64,000 nt of DNA, from NCBI GenBank assembly GCA_964016885.1, contig OZ024743.1, positions 263,128,001 through 263,192,000 of the forward strand. Reading direction: 5' to 3'. The stretch's first letter is position 1. Each line of letters opens with the position of its first letter. Position numbers and translations under genes: made by a program. Shown piece after piece: positions 26,909 through 40,734 of the stretch. The DNA is from Eledone cirrhosa (Eukaryota). A model generated the notes under the pieces. It worked only from the letters and a program-made list of their open reading frames with translations. It was not told the DNA's origin and made no database searches.

Positions 26909-27300
26909 TTTTAGGCACTGAAAAGTGTCTATTTTCCCCGTAAATATACAACAGAACATAGCCGTAGATCAACTCGTTTGAAATAAATTAAAAAGAAAGA
27001 AAAAGAAAAGGCTAGCAATTATTTTAGAGTGCACTCTATCCCTAAGTAAGGCAACTTCTCTGGACTTGCAAATCATTGCTCTTTCATATTCACTGTTTAA
27101 CTTTCATACTCATGTATCAACACTCACTCACCTCTCTCTCTCTCTTTCACATATATATATATATAATAGAATTAGGATTTAGCTTCGAGCATAGCTGTAT
27201 ACAGATATGTATTGGAATTTCTAAAGAAATACAGTATGTTTATAGAAAACACCGGAGGCTATGGCCTCCTGGTGGTGTCCAGCAGAAGCAATGGAGACAC

Positions 27301-27342
27301 TCGTAGATGCATTTCGAACTTAACTGGTTCTCATCAGGACAA
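27301..27342 (-). ncRNA. Minimal type I hammerhead ribozyme motif
   Basis: Minus strand TTGTC-CTGATGA-GAAC cagttaa GTTC-GAAA-TGCA-TC-TACGA (one stem I mismatch). Confidence 0.7.
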
Positions 27343-27763
27343 TACCTCCCGCTCTTGCGACTGCTGGACTTGCAAACAGGCGTGAATATATAGTTTCCTC
27401 GGCTGTGTAAATGAGGTGATTAATCTCATTTGCATATAAAGCTATATAAGTTGGCTCAACTTATATATATATATAACAACTTTGAAGGGATAGACTAGGA
27501 AACTTAATAACAAAGTGAATCCTTATAATGTAATGTAAACGAAATTGTAGCTGTTGGACAGATAATTGCCAACGGATTGCAGGAAAGCTCTTTACACGAT
27601 TAATACTCTTTCAAATTCACAAGATTTAATATAGACATTAAAAAGATCGCACTATTGATTTTGAAGTAAACTTGTGGCAATAAGAAATGAAGGAGTGTGA
27701 AAGTTGGCTCATGTGAATGAGTAACAGTGGCAATGAAATACTGTGTTAATGGGGGAGAGAGAA

Positions 27764-27801
<38 letters not shown>

Positions 27802-27884
27802 AGAACACTGGAAGGTAATATCCGTAGTGGCAGAGCACTCAGTTCATGGGACGAGTTAGGTAGAAGTGGGTACTATAAAGATTA

Positions 27885-27922
27885 CGAGCTGAGGATCCGC
27901 TAAGGTGAAACAATTGTTCTCG
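27885..27922 (+). ncRNA. Minimal type I hammerhead ribozyme motif
   Basis: CGAG-CTGAGGA-TCC gctaa GGT-GAAA-CAATTG-TT-CTCG. Confidence 0.75.
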
Positions 27923-28419
27923 GTATAGTGAACTAACTGTTGTGTAACCACTTCTATATATATATATATATATATATATCGAGAGAGTGCGATTATAAAT
28001 GTATGTATGTGAGAGAGATGGAGAGAGAGTGAGAATGCGGGAGATTTAGAGAATTAGAGGGAGAGAGAAGGGGTTTCAGGGATAGAGAGAGAGAGAGAGA
28101 GGGGGAGGAGGGGGTAGTGAAAGAAAATACGGGCAAGAGACTAACACATACATACGACCGCTATATCAAGTGAGATGGAAAAAGCAGACGACATTTGATC
28201 AACATAGAATAGTATATAACACAATGTACAAATTGTTTGTCTTATTCTGATGCAGCTATGATATGTCAGTTGAAATTTCATTTTGATGGTATTTCTATAA
28301 CATATATATTCATTTATAAAGAAATATATCTAGCAAGATAAAAGGAAATATTGTTGGTCGTTCATTGACAGGATATATGTAATGGTGCCCTAATGCACCT
28401 AGTACACACATACACACAC

Positions 28420-28548
<129 letters not shown>

Positions 28549-28714
28549 CACAAAAACACACACACACACATATGTATGTATATGCATGTGTATGTTTTTA
28601 CATTTATTTATTTTATAGAAGTTTACAACAGGTGGATGGTATAAATTGCAATACCCATGTTGAACAGGAGATAAGATTAATAACTCACATGAAATTGGAG
28701 AAAGTGACTAATGT

Positions 28715-29290
28715 ATATAGGCGGTCTATTGAAAAGGTATCCGACCTTATGCTGGGAAAAATAAGTACGTACTTGGTAGGATTCAAGTGCTAATTCTTTT
28801 CGAAGTATGTACTCTTGTGTATCCACAGACTTCAGTCACGGACTCTTCCACTATTCGTAATACACCTGGAATGCTTCGACTAGAATAGCTTGCAGCTCTG
28901 CTGTCGTAGCCCACATGATGTTTACTCGGTTGTCAAAGCACAAGCCTTCTTGTGACATCTTCATTTTTGAGAAACAGTCAAGTCAGAAGAAGTTCTGTCT
29001 GGGGAGTAGGGATCTTGGTGAATGATCGAAATGTCTTTCTTTGCCCAGAAAACGTGGATCAGCTGCTATAAATGAGCCGGGAGTTGTCAGTTTTGCGAGG
29101 TTCACAAATTCAGATGAATGTATGCGGCTCCACTCTGCAGTCTTTCGTTTCCGTAATGGCATTAGTTCTGGCGGTAAAACATAGATTTGGATGATTTTTC
29201 AACCAAGCTCGTAACTATTTTGTATCCACTTTGTATTGGTGTGAGATAAAAGAAACATCATATTGCATGACAAAATCATAATCTTCTTCT
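28715..29290. mobile_element. Probable decayed mariner-type fragment
   Basis: Start (ta-ggcggtctattgaaaaggtatccgacct) resembles mariner TIRs; the interior resembles degenerate transposase 3' sequence. No clean motif. Confidence 0.3.
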
Positions 29291-29857
29291 TCTTCTTCTT
29301 CTTCTTCTTCTTCTTCTTCTTCTTTGATCGCTTGTAGATGTCCTATTAAGCGCCGAAACATCTTGATCTCGGTTTTACAGCTGATGAAGGATCTCTATTC
29401 TTCTTTCCTTTCTTCTCTTGTTTCGTCCGTACTACCATCTTAAACTTTGTTTACGGTAACCACACAACTCCTTTCGTTTCTTATAATTTTATATATATAT
29501 ATAAAAAATTGTGGGTCCCACCGATAAAACTAATCGATAGCTACATTGGTTTCGATATAATTGATAAATTGTTTTCCCGCTTGGACGCACAACTATATAT
29601 ACACACACATATATATATATATGCATGGACTCGTAACTCTTGACAGAGTCGAAAGGGCACCGCATTGACAGACGGCGTTTCTTGAGTACATCAGATTTCT
29701 TCCAGAGAGAGGAAAAATCGACCCCAGTACTAGACTGGTATCTTTTATCGACCTCGAAAGGATGAAAGGCAAAGTTAACCTTGGCGGGATTTGAACTCAG
29801 AGAGCAGGAACGAATTACATAAAGCATTCTATCCGATGTTCTAACGACTCCACCGCC

Positions 29858-30758
<901 letters not shown>

Positions 30759-30956
30759 CGAAGGAAATGTCGTAAGGAACCAGGCGGACCATAACGCATC
30801 AAAGTACTCAATACTTAGGGTAGTAGAGTGGGTAATAGGAACGAGTAGGACCCCGACGGCTGAGCTCAAGCCGTTTCGACGGCTAATTCTGGACATTTAG
30901 TCCAGAATTAGCTGTCGAAACGGCTTGAGCTCACCCGTCGGGGTCCTACTCGTTCC

Positions 30957-30988
<32 letters not shown>

Positions 30989-30989
30989 T

Positions 30990-31182
30990 AATAATAATTG
31001 TTTCTACTTTTGGCACAAAGCCACCAATTACCCAGTGTATTACTGGTACTTTATTTTCTCGACCCCATAAGGATGAAAGGCAAAGTTAACCTCGGCGGGA
31101 TTTGAACTCAGAATGGCAAGGGCCGTAACTCCATGCGTCAAAGCATGGCGTCCGACCATCTACCGATACTGCCAATCCACCT
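30990..31182 (-). mobile_element. SINE, main family
   Basis: Consensus match in reverse. Further copies or fragments at ~24878-24975, 29712-29858, 35513-35611, 44590-44760, 45601-45692, 45781-45970 and 51094-51211. Confidence 0.9.
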
Positions 31183-31199
31183 TTATATATATATATTAT

Positions 31200-31233
<34 letters not shown>

Positions 31234-31287
31234 CACAGTATATATATATATATATATACACACAGTATATATATATATATATACACA

Positions 31288-31346
<59 letters not shown>

Positions 31347-34300
31347 GTATATATATATATATCTGTGTGTGTGCATATACACACACAAAGAAAACTGTAA
31401 AATCCACTTTGATTAGCACTAAATCATTTTATTATTTTTATAAATGTTAATTTGTTTCAATTTGTTATAGCTTTTCATACGATAATACAAGGGTTTATAC
31501 TGTTGCTGCTGTTTGCTGCTGATCTTGATGTTGCAGCTGTTGTTATTGCTGTTATTACCAATTCTATTTATTGTGTATATAAGTACTAATATCTGCTAAA
31601 ATCATCAGATGCAATAAATAATATTATGGTGATAATTAAAAGAGCATATCTGATTTATATTGAGATGACGCCGGTAGTAAATGGCGGCGTTTTGTAGAAG
31701 CAATAAAGCGCCAAACGAAATAATGTTTGCTATATTTAGTTATATCCTATTATGTCCTAAATATAACTTCCTTTGAGAACAGACTCTGTCTTTCATCTTT
31801 ATAGTGGTATATATGATATATATCAGTCGATAAACTACTGTGGAGAGAGGTCTATTTAATCAGTTGTGCATTTCCGTATAATTTATATCTTCGTACCAAT
31901 GTTAGATCTTGTCTTTCTATAAGGCGGTTGAGGGTGGGGAGAAGCGGTAAAGTACACACGAAATACTTGCAGATCAAGAGCGGAGAGCTTTTATGTAGTC
32001 ACTTGACTTGCGAGAAATAATAGCCCAATCTCCCTCAAATTATACTCTGCTTTCTTAAAAATGAAAACCTCATTGGTTAAGGAAGCTGTCGATAAATTAT
32101 AATAGAAAAGGAGAGAGAGAGAGAGAGACAGACGAAACGATCATGGCTGGAACATAAACTGAACAAGCAGAACTGGAGTGATCCATCACCATCATCATTA
32201 TTTACATCATCATCATCATCATCAACATCATCATCCTCCACCTCATCATCATCAACCACTACTGCCTCTTCCTCCACCTCATCATAATCATCATAAACAA
32301 CCACTTGTAGAGTATAGTTAACATCCCAATACTTGTTATCTTTCCTGTGAAATCGGAAATACCAGTAATATCTCACAAGTCGATTCAATACATATTAAAC
32401 TTATATAGGAAATTAACATTATTCTTATTTTCTGCTAGTTATTCAAAAAGCAGATGAATAGTGATAAATCTTTCTAATATTGGCACAAGGCCAGGACTTT
32501 TTGTTGGGAAAGGTAAAGTCGACTATATCGACGCCAGTACTTAACTGATACTTTATTTTATTACACATTTACCATGAAATATAACTTAAATTTCACCGTC
32601 CTGTCATATCAAGAAATGCTAATGAATAGAAAGGGTCAAATCTGTGTTTGATACCTTATCTTTTCAGAATACTGATCATGCATTCTTTATATAACACAGA
32701 CCTTGAATTGTCTTACTATATTTTATCTTTTATTTTTACATCTATTTATTGACTTTTATTAATGACATAATTCAAAGTTATTTCTAGGCAACATATTTGC
32801 CCCAGATAAGTTCATCTTTCTTTCAATATCTAAACCTTGTAGGTAAACAATAAATATATTACACGTGATCAACTGAATAGCATAAACAGGCAAAAGTTTC
32901 CGACCGTACATAAATAAAACAAACAAGCAGCTATTTCATTTGAATACTTTAACCCCTATAAACAACTGAATGAAAGAAACTGTGTCAAGCCGTATACGTT
33001 ATGAAACTGCAATGGATACAACAGCTCATTGTCATAAGTTATAGCTCAACATACTCTTATGTCTTCATTTTATTGAGTAGTGTTTGTGTTTCTATAATGA
33101 CATCTCATTCAGCTAAGAGGACAACAATAGGGGTTAGGATTGGTAGATTTATTTCTTCTGACGTTCTGTGATCCGAGTTCAAGAGTTCAAATCCCATCCA
33201 ATTCCACCTTGCCTTTCATATTTTTAGCGTTGATAAAATAAATTATTAGCCTTGGGCGGGAGATTGGTGTAATTGATAGAACGTCGGACAGTATGCCTTG
33301 CGGTGTGTTTCGGCTTTTTGCGTTCTGATTTAAAATTTCATTGTGGCCAATTTGGTTGGTAGACTCAATCCGTCGCTAAGTTTAACACCACCACCTTGTC
33401 TTCAGCTGAATCATCAGATACATTTAGCAGAGTACACTTTGGTGCAAGCATTTTGATCAGATAAAATATACCTTACCTACTCTTTCCCCTATACTTACCT
33501 TCCTCCTACCTATTTCAGAGGCCCCGAGGAAGGACAAGGGCTCTGTCATTTTCTCCCCGACTAAATGGTTACATAAAATATCCAGCAAGCAGATCGTACG
33601 CAAAGTCCTCCGTACACTTAGACTTCCACGCACACAAACATACATTCGAGCCTTCACATACTTTTACACACAAATACACATATCTCTATACACACATACT
33701 TATATAAATTCCCATATTCCCACACATACAGCCTCAGCCCTCCACACATATACATAGACCGACTTAATGCTCTCGTAAATGTTCTGAATATGGTGTAAAC
33801 TCTTCGAAAGATAAATTGTTAATAACTTGAAAATTTATTTAGTTACGAAGACTCCTTATTAGCTAAAGTAAATTACATTTTTTTTTTCGCATTAGATAGA
33901 GAACAAATTTAAAGAGATTTTCAGAAATAATTCATAAACTTGAAATGAAATATTTCGAGTAAACCCTTTAACCTTCTCTCGTTTAAAGAAATATAGAAAA
34001 CATTTTTAAAAAAACAAATAATGCAACAAAACAGTAAACTATTATTGTAAACCGTTTCTGTATGTTGCACCACCGCTCCTTGTACTCAGTTCATACTTTG
34101 AATTCCTTCTAACTGATACACTTGCTTGGAAAACACACGTCAGATGTCGAAGTAGAACATTTCTTATTAACTTTTAATATCCTGTTTTACATTAAAAGTA
34201 TTTTTTGTAATACTGCAAATTTTCAGAACGACCTGTTCACTAGTAAAGATATTATAAACATTTGAATAAATAAACCTATTTTAAGGTATTTTAGACTAAT

Positions 34301-34879
34301 TCATCACACGATGTTACTAGTTAAAGAAAATATATTCCAGTAAATAAGTAGAGGCGTCTGGTCTAGTAGTAAGGGTGCTGGACTTACGATCATAATGTCA
34401 TGATTAGATTCCTGGACTGGGTTGTGTGTTGTGTACTTGAGCTCTAGTATACTCAGCTGAAAATTAGTACCAGCAATAGCTGGGGTTTTAACACTGTGAT
34501 GGAATGGTGTCCTATCCAGTGGTAGGTGGGGTCTTGTGCTCTCACTTACTTCACGCCACGGAAACCGGGATAAGCACCTACTGATAAGCACCCGGGTTCG
34601 AGACAGACTTTAGACTTAGAATAAGATTATCAACCTTGCTTTCCATGGAGTTTTCATCGTTTCTCCATGAGTTTCACTTTATCCCTTTCTTCTATCGTTT
34701 TCTCGCGGACTGTTACTAATTTAACAATCCGAATTACAAGCTGAGGCCAATTTAAAACAATATATTATAGAAATGTAAACATTTGGTTAACTTATGAAAC
34801 ATTGGGATAATTGAAAATATAGTCGTTACAACTCAGGTAACTATAATAATAGTTGAATTTTGACGGTAGATGTTCATAT

Positions 34880-36516
34880 ATATATTTCTATAGATAGATA
34901 GATGTTGTATGTATGTTCTCCTGGTTTCACTATTTTATAAATTTTTACAAATAGAGAGAGAGTCGGTTTCTAACATAGACACACGACTTTTTCTTTAGAA
35001 TTTAGACAACATCAACTAGGTAGATATATGTATGCATGTCTTCATGCGTGCATATGTGTGCAGATATGGATGATATTGTATGTGTGGATGTGCATGTTGA
35101 GTTATATGTCTGTATGTGCATGTTTCGTATCTGTTCATGTGTATGCATGTATTAGCTGCAGAATTTCTGAAATGTTTTACATATTTTTACTGTTTCATTA
35201 ATGGATTGTACTTGTAATTTACTAACTAGTCGTGTTCTTTCTGTTTCTGTGAAGCCCAGCTTCTCAATATTTGTATTGAGGCAGTTTCTAACTTATCCCA
35301 GTACCCCAATAATCACAGGTATAAATCTGAAGGTATAGTCAGGGTGGAGTATCGGCAGATTCCTCATTCTTCTGCATAGATATTCTCCTTTTCACTAAAT
35401 TTTGATAATATATTGGCATCTATTGGGCAGCGAACTTCCACCTCTGTGCATGCCTTCTTTTTCCTGTCCAATATTATGATACCTAGTCTGTTATGCGTGC
35501 ATTATGTTGGAGTTTTAACTTTACCTTTCATCCTTACGAAGTCGATAAAATAAAGCACCAGTAATGCACTTGGGTAATTGCTGGCCTTGTGCCCAAAGTA
35601 GAAACAATTATATTGCAGTTTTGACTGGAACATTCCACCAGTACTCTTTCATATTATGTATGTATATGTCTTCCAAATTGCTGTAACTTTTAATATGTTT
35701 ATTGTCTTTTCTACGGATTACATTGCATAATTTTCAAAGTCAGTGCTAATATAGCAGTTGTTTGTCCAAGATAGACTACTTTGCTTATCTATATTACTCT
35801 CACCCTGGGGCCTCCTAGCAATATATCCATGCATGATTTTTTTTGCTGATAAGCATGCAGTTTTTCATCCATTATTCACTGCGGTATTGCTGGGCAATTT
35901 TTCTGGGTGTGAGCTTTTCATTGTCATGCGGAAGTATCTTTCAAGGAGCTCCTTCCCAACTCTCATGATCTTATCTCTCTCATGCAGAAAGAATTGGGCT
36001 CCTACACTTGGAGGTTCGTAAATGTTGTCGGCAGGATATCATGCGACACTCAAATGCTATCTAGATTGCTGTTTTGTCTCTGCCTCTCTGCATACGTGTC
36101 AAGTAGAGGCGGTATATGTCACTGTTGATGTGGAAGTTTTCGGTGTTGTTTAGGATTTTTCGGGCTTTAACATCAATTGTTCGGATTTTATCTACCGGAC
36201 GAGTATTCCAAAAGTTGGTGTTAGGACAGGCACAGCAAACAGATTGTTAGTCACTGTTTTATTGTGCACAGAGATTTCACATCATCATATTTTTGTTAAT
36301 CGAGTGTAATATTCCCTGGTCATGCGTTCCTTGTTACAGATACCATCATAGGATATATTCTATTCCAAGGTATCTGTAGCAATTTTCGTCAGATATCGGT
36401 GTAACTGTTAGGCCATTGATAAAAATGTTGCTAGCTTGCCTTGTAGTTTTTCCCCGCTTTTCAATCATATATGAACATTTATCCTGGCCAAACTCCATTC
36501 CTATATCATTTGAGAA
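34880..36516 (-). mobile_element. Decayed R4/Dong-like non-LTR retrotransposon 3' part (RT end plus restriction-like endonuclease)
   Basis: Minus strand [14 protein letters not shown] at ~36470-36516, YLGI at ~36360-36372, and HNRLGIII...EVEVRCPIDAN...EKE...FIPVIIGVLG at ~35295-35500. Confidence 0.75.
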
Positions 36517-36593
36517 CGTATGTATGTATGTATGTATGTATGTATGTATGTATGTATGTATGTATGTATGTATGTATGTATGTATGTATGTAT

Positions 36594-38140
36594 GTCAGGT
36601 CACCACTTGGTGCTACTGGTAACATGTTTCCCAGTACAACCTGTCTCATGGTCGGGTCGTTGGCGACTAAACTGGCAACCCCACCAAGGTTTCTTGGTGA
36701 GGAGGGTGACTTTGGACATCCTGCAGGACTAAAAACAAAACCTGTCAAAGGGCAAAGGAGCTCTTAAGAGTCAATGGCCATCCAAAATCACTGGGAGAGA
36801 TGACCCCTTAGCCTTTGTCAAGGCAGAATTCTAGGAGAAGGAAAACTCTGATATAACACCTGCAATCCTGATGGTATCCAATGATGTTGACTTGTTCTTC
36901 TTTTTGGTAAATATCATCTTGGTTAAGAGAGTGGGACTGGCTTTGTGCAGTGCCTTTGCTCACTATAAAAGCTTCACGGCACAGGCATTGCTTTATATCT
37001 GGAGATCTCTCTGCACTTGTCGTCACATGGTACCAAAGGCAAAGCACTATGTGTCAATAATTGTCACAAGTGTAGTGTTTGTACCAGAGTTTTCAAGTCG
37101 CTGGCTGGACTAAAAAGTCACACTCGTTCAGCGCATCGGTAGGGGTTCTCCTACATGGATATAAAGTAGTGGCCGTACTCGAAAACGAGTTGGCAGCCAC
37201 CATGTATGTATGTATGTATGTATGTATGTATGTATGTATGTATGTATGTATGTATGTATATGCATGTGTATGTATATGCGCGGGGACATAGAAATAATCA
37301 GGCTGGATACCCGATCGCGTGGTTAAACCACGAGGAGTGAAGGGCCCCTAGCCTTTGTCAGGGCATTCTTCTAGAAGTCAACTCAGGAAGCTGGGATAAC
37401 TTTGACATAAAACCTGCGACTCAGTAGTTACCGATGATGTCGATATTTTCTTCTTTTCGGGTTATAGCTACTGTCGCTCAGAGAGTGGGATTGGCTCAGC
37501 GCACAGTCTTTCCTTACTTAAAAAAAAATCTTTACGCACAGGCATTGCACGATAGCATTAATTGATAATTATTAATAATGTTATATCGTGCAATGGCCAT
37601 ACTCGATAACGAGGGGGCAGCCATCATGTATGTATGTATGTATGTATGTATGTATGTATGTATGTATGTATGTATGTATGTATTTTGGATGGCCATTGAC
37701 TCTTAAGAGTCAATGGCCTTCCAAAATCACCGGGAGAGATGACCCCTTAGCCTTTGTCAAGGTAGAATTCTAGGAGAAGGAAAACTCTGATATAACACCT
37801 GCAACCCTGATGGTATCCAATGATGTTGACTTGTTCTTCTTTTTGCTAAATATCATCTTGGTTAAGAGAGTGGGACTGGCTTTGTGCAGTGCCTTTGCTC
37901 ACTATAAAAGCTTCACGGCATAGGCATTGCTTTATATCTGGAGATCTCTCTGCACTTGTCGTCACATGGTACCAAGGGCCCAGCACTATGTGTCAATAAT
38001 TGTCACAAGTGTAGTGTTTGTACCAGAGTTTTCAAGTCGCTGGCTGGACTAAAAAGTCACACTCGTTCAGCGCATCGGTAGGGGTTCTCCTACATGGATA
38101 TAAAGTAGTGGCCGTACTCGAAAACGAGTTGGCAGCCACC
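36594..38140 (+). mobile_element. Cluster of three non-coding (ATGT)n-tailed retroposon copies; related copy at ~53595-53958
   Basis: 36761-37201 and 37700-38140 are near-identical direct repeats; 37290-37625 is a diverged copy; all end gcagcca(c/t)c followed by (ATGT)n. Confidence 0.75.
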
Positions 38141-39191
38141 ATGTATGTATGTATGTATGTATGTATGTATGTATGTATGTATGTATGTATGTATGTATGC
38201 TACTACCAACACAAATATACGTTTCGAAACCCAAATAGAAACTACGATACGGTGATATCATTGTACATCAGGGACCTTAAAGCGTATGAGGTAACACATT
38301 AGCTAAAGCATACTCGTATTTAGTTAACAAAGTACACTGTGGCCATTGAACAGCTAAAGTTATACAATTACTCATAGCTATGTACTCTGTAACAATATAA
38401 GCACGCCAAGAAGACTTCTGCGAACCTGAAATTTGCAATTTTACTGACAGTATACACTCTTGACAAACAATTCTCACCTGGACATACATATTTGCAAACA
38501 ACTACCTGATACTATCACCTATAAGCATTTATTTCAACACTTTCTAAACAACACATCTAAATTTTGTTTCCCATGCCCAAAGGTAAATAATGTATGTTGT
38601 ACATTTGACCGGCTGTATCAGTTTGATCACAGTGTAGCGTGCAGATATATGTACCTGTGTACATAGGTTTATAAATAAGTGAACACGCGCATTTGTCGGT
38701 GTGTATGTTTGCACATTTATATATGGCACGTAGCTGAGTGGTTAGAGAATTCGATTCCCGTACCAAGAGCAAGGCACGTTATTTCACGTTGCTCCTTCTG
38801 CCTGGAAGGCAATTGGAAAGACCAATGGCAGCATTGTTTCCTAGGTCCGATTTGACGAGCTCCACCCCACCCGTTAAGTGAATGAGGTCTGGGATCTTGT
38901 CAATTGACTCTCCATATATATTCATTACGTTTATTAAGTAGTTACGCGCGTTTCGCGATTGATCAGCTCAAAGTTTGATCTGGACGTTACAATCCCTAAA
39001 TATATATACTTAATACAAAATAAAAACCAAGGTTGTTATTCTAATCCTATCTTTAATCTCAACAATTGTTTCTATAGAGATAAGTTCAGTGCCAGTTAAT
39101 ATAATCAATCAATCCAACAATAAATAATTAATAATTCCACTCTATATGCGTATATTTATATGGATATATATGTGTATAATGTCGGCGTATA

Positions 39192-40429
39192 TACGAAGAT
39201 GTACTGAAAAATTTCCGGTTTATCAAGAATGGAATAACTTAGAGCTACGGAACTTACGTTATATTTCACGTATTTACCACGCAGTTTAACACATTCGTCC
39301 TCAAGCGTATAATCCTTCTAAGAAAACCCGATATTTACTCACTGAAATACCATTTAAAAATTGTTTCCCTTTTAAACCTATTTTAAGATTTGGGGAAATA
39401 AAATTGTCCAATGGAGCGTCATTTGGCCAGTGTGGCGAGTCGTCTACGCCCTCAAAGTCAAAATTGATCAAACATCATTTGTCTTATTAGCCCTGTGAAC
39501 ATGTGCATTATCCTTGCATACAGTTAACGGGCTTAAGTAGCTTTCACCACTTTTTTTTTCCTTTCAGCGTCTCGTTTAATCGGCAAATCATGCTAGAGTA
39601 GTGCTCTGCATTAACTGTTTGGCTCTTGTGTCAGTCATCAAAATCTCACCCTTATCCCATTCAAAACCGTAGTTGCGACACTTCAGCTGATTTTTAGGTC
39701 TTGAATTTCATTAGTTGTGGAGAACTTGCGTGTTGCTAATCCTATGATTTTTGCTTGATGTCCGAATCATAGAGATCTAATCTCTTTTTACCATCAGTGA
39801 TAATTCGCTCAAAACAAATTATCATGAGATCAACGTAATTGCTACAAAATCCACATTGAAAAACCTACTTAGTTTCGTATGTGATCAACATTCAATCATT
39901 TTGGCATCTATTTAACTAACAGCCAAATGGTCACGAATTACGAACCTAACGCGTTCTCTGGATATCATTTAGTGCTTAGGCAATTGATTTGGCCGAGATT
40001 TTGTGATCAGTAAAGATTGGATCATGGACTTGGACCTCAGTTTCAAGAGTTGACACTGTTTGCAGCCTCCTAGATCGTGTTGCAACTTCAGTATCAAAAT
40101 CTCCACGCTGAAAGTTGTCCCACCACTTCTTTGCCATTGAGCATGACGGCCAATTGTTACTCAATCTTTACATGATATATTCCCGAGTTTCATTTGCAAT
40201 TTTCGTATACAAGAACTTCATTATAGCACTTAGTTCAACACTTAAACATTTTATATTTAACGTTTGCATTTTTAGATTAAGGATCTGAAAAACAATAAAA
40301 ATAGAGTACAATTACTGCATATTGGTATTTTGCGCTACAAAAGAACGCTCTTCCCAGATACAGTGACATAAATACGCACAACATTTGGAAGATAGGTTAA
40401 GCCGAGAATTCTTTTAGCGCGTAATCGTA
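39192..40429 (-). mobile_element. Decayed mariner transposon, ~1.24 kb
   Basis: Degenerate TIRs tacgaagatgtactgaaaaatttccgg / ccgagaattcttttagcgcgtaatcgta with TA flanks. The remnant WWDNFQRGDFDTEVATRSRR...IFTDHKISAKSIA resembles the mariner HTH region. Confidence 0.75.
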
Positions 40430-40603
40430 CATATATATTTATTTATCTCTACTAGAATTAATATATATGCATAGCCATATATAATGGTTTAAGAGTATAT
40501 ATAGATATGTGTGTATGCACATAAAAGTGTGTTTGTGTGTCTGCGTAAATATGTAAATATATGCATGAAAACACACACAGACGCCTCCAATATAGTGTAT
40601 GTA

Positions 40604-40690
<87 letters not shown>

Positions 40691-40734
40691 ATGCATATAT
40701 ATATACACACACACACACGTATATATATATAATT

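Noticed and set aside
32077-32388. Acidic 103-aa ORF
   Set aside because: The Asp/Glu run comes from a (CAT)n microsatellite; no recognisable domain, although an acceptor-like site exists near 32345.
36640-36680. HDV-like ribozyme (CCAGT...CTAA-ACTGG)
   Set aside because: I could not build P1/P3/L3 consistently, and the related copy at ~53.6 kb lacks this segment.
36519-38200. CRISPR-like repeat-spacer pattern
   Set aside because: Eukaryotic context; the repeats are microsatellite tails and the spacers are homologous retroposon copies.
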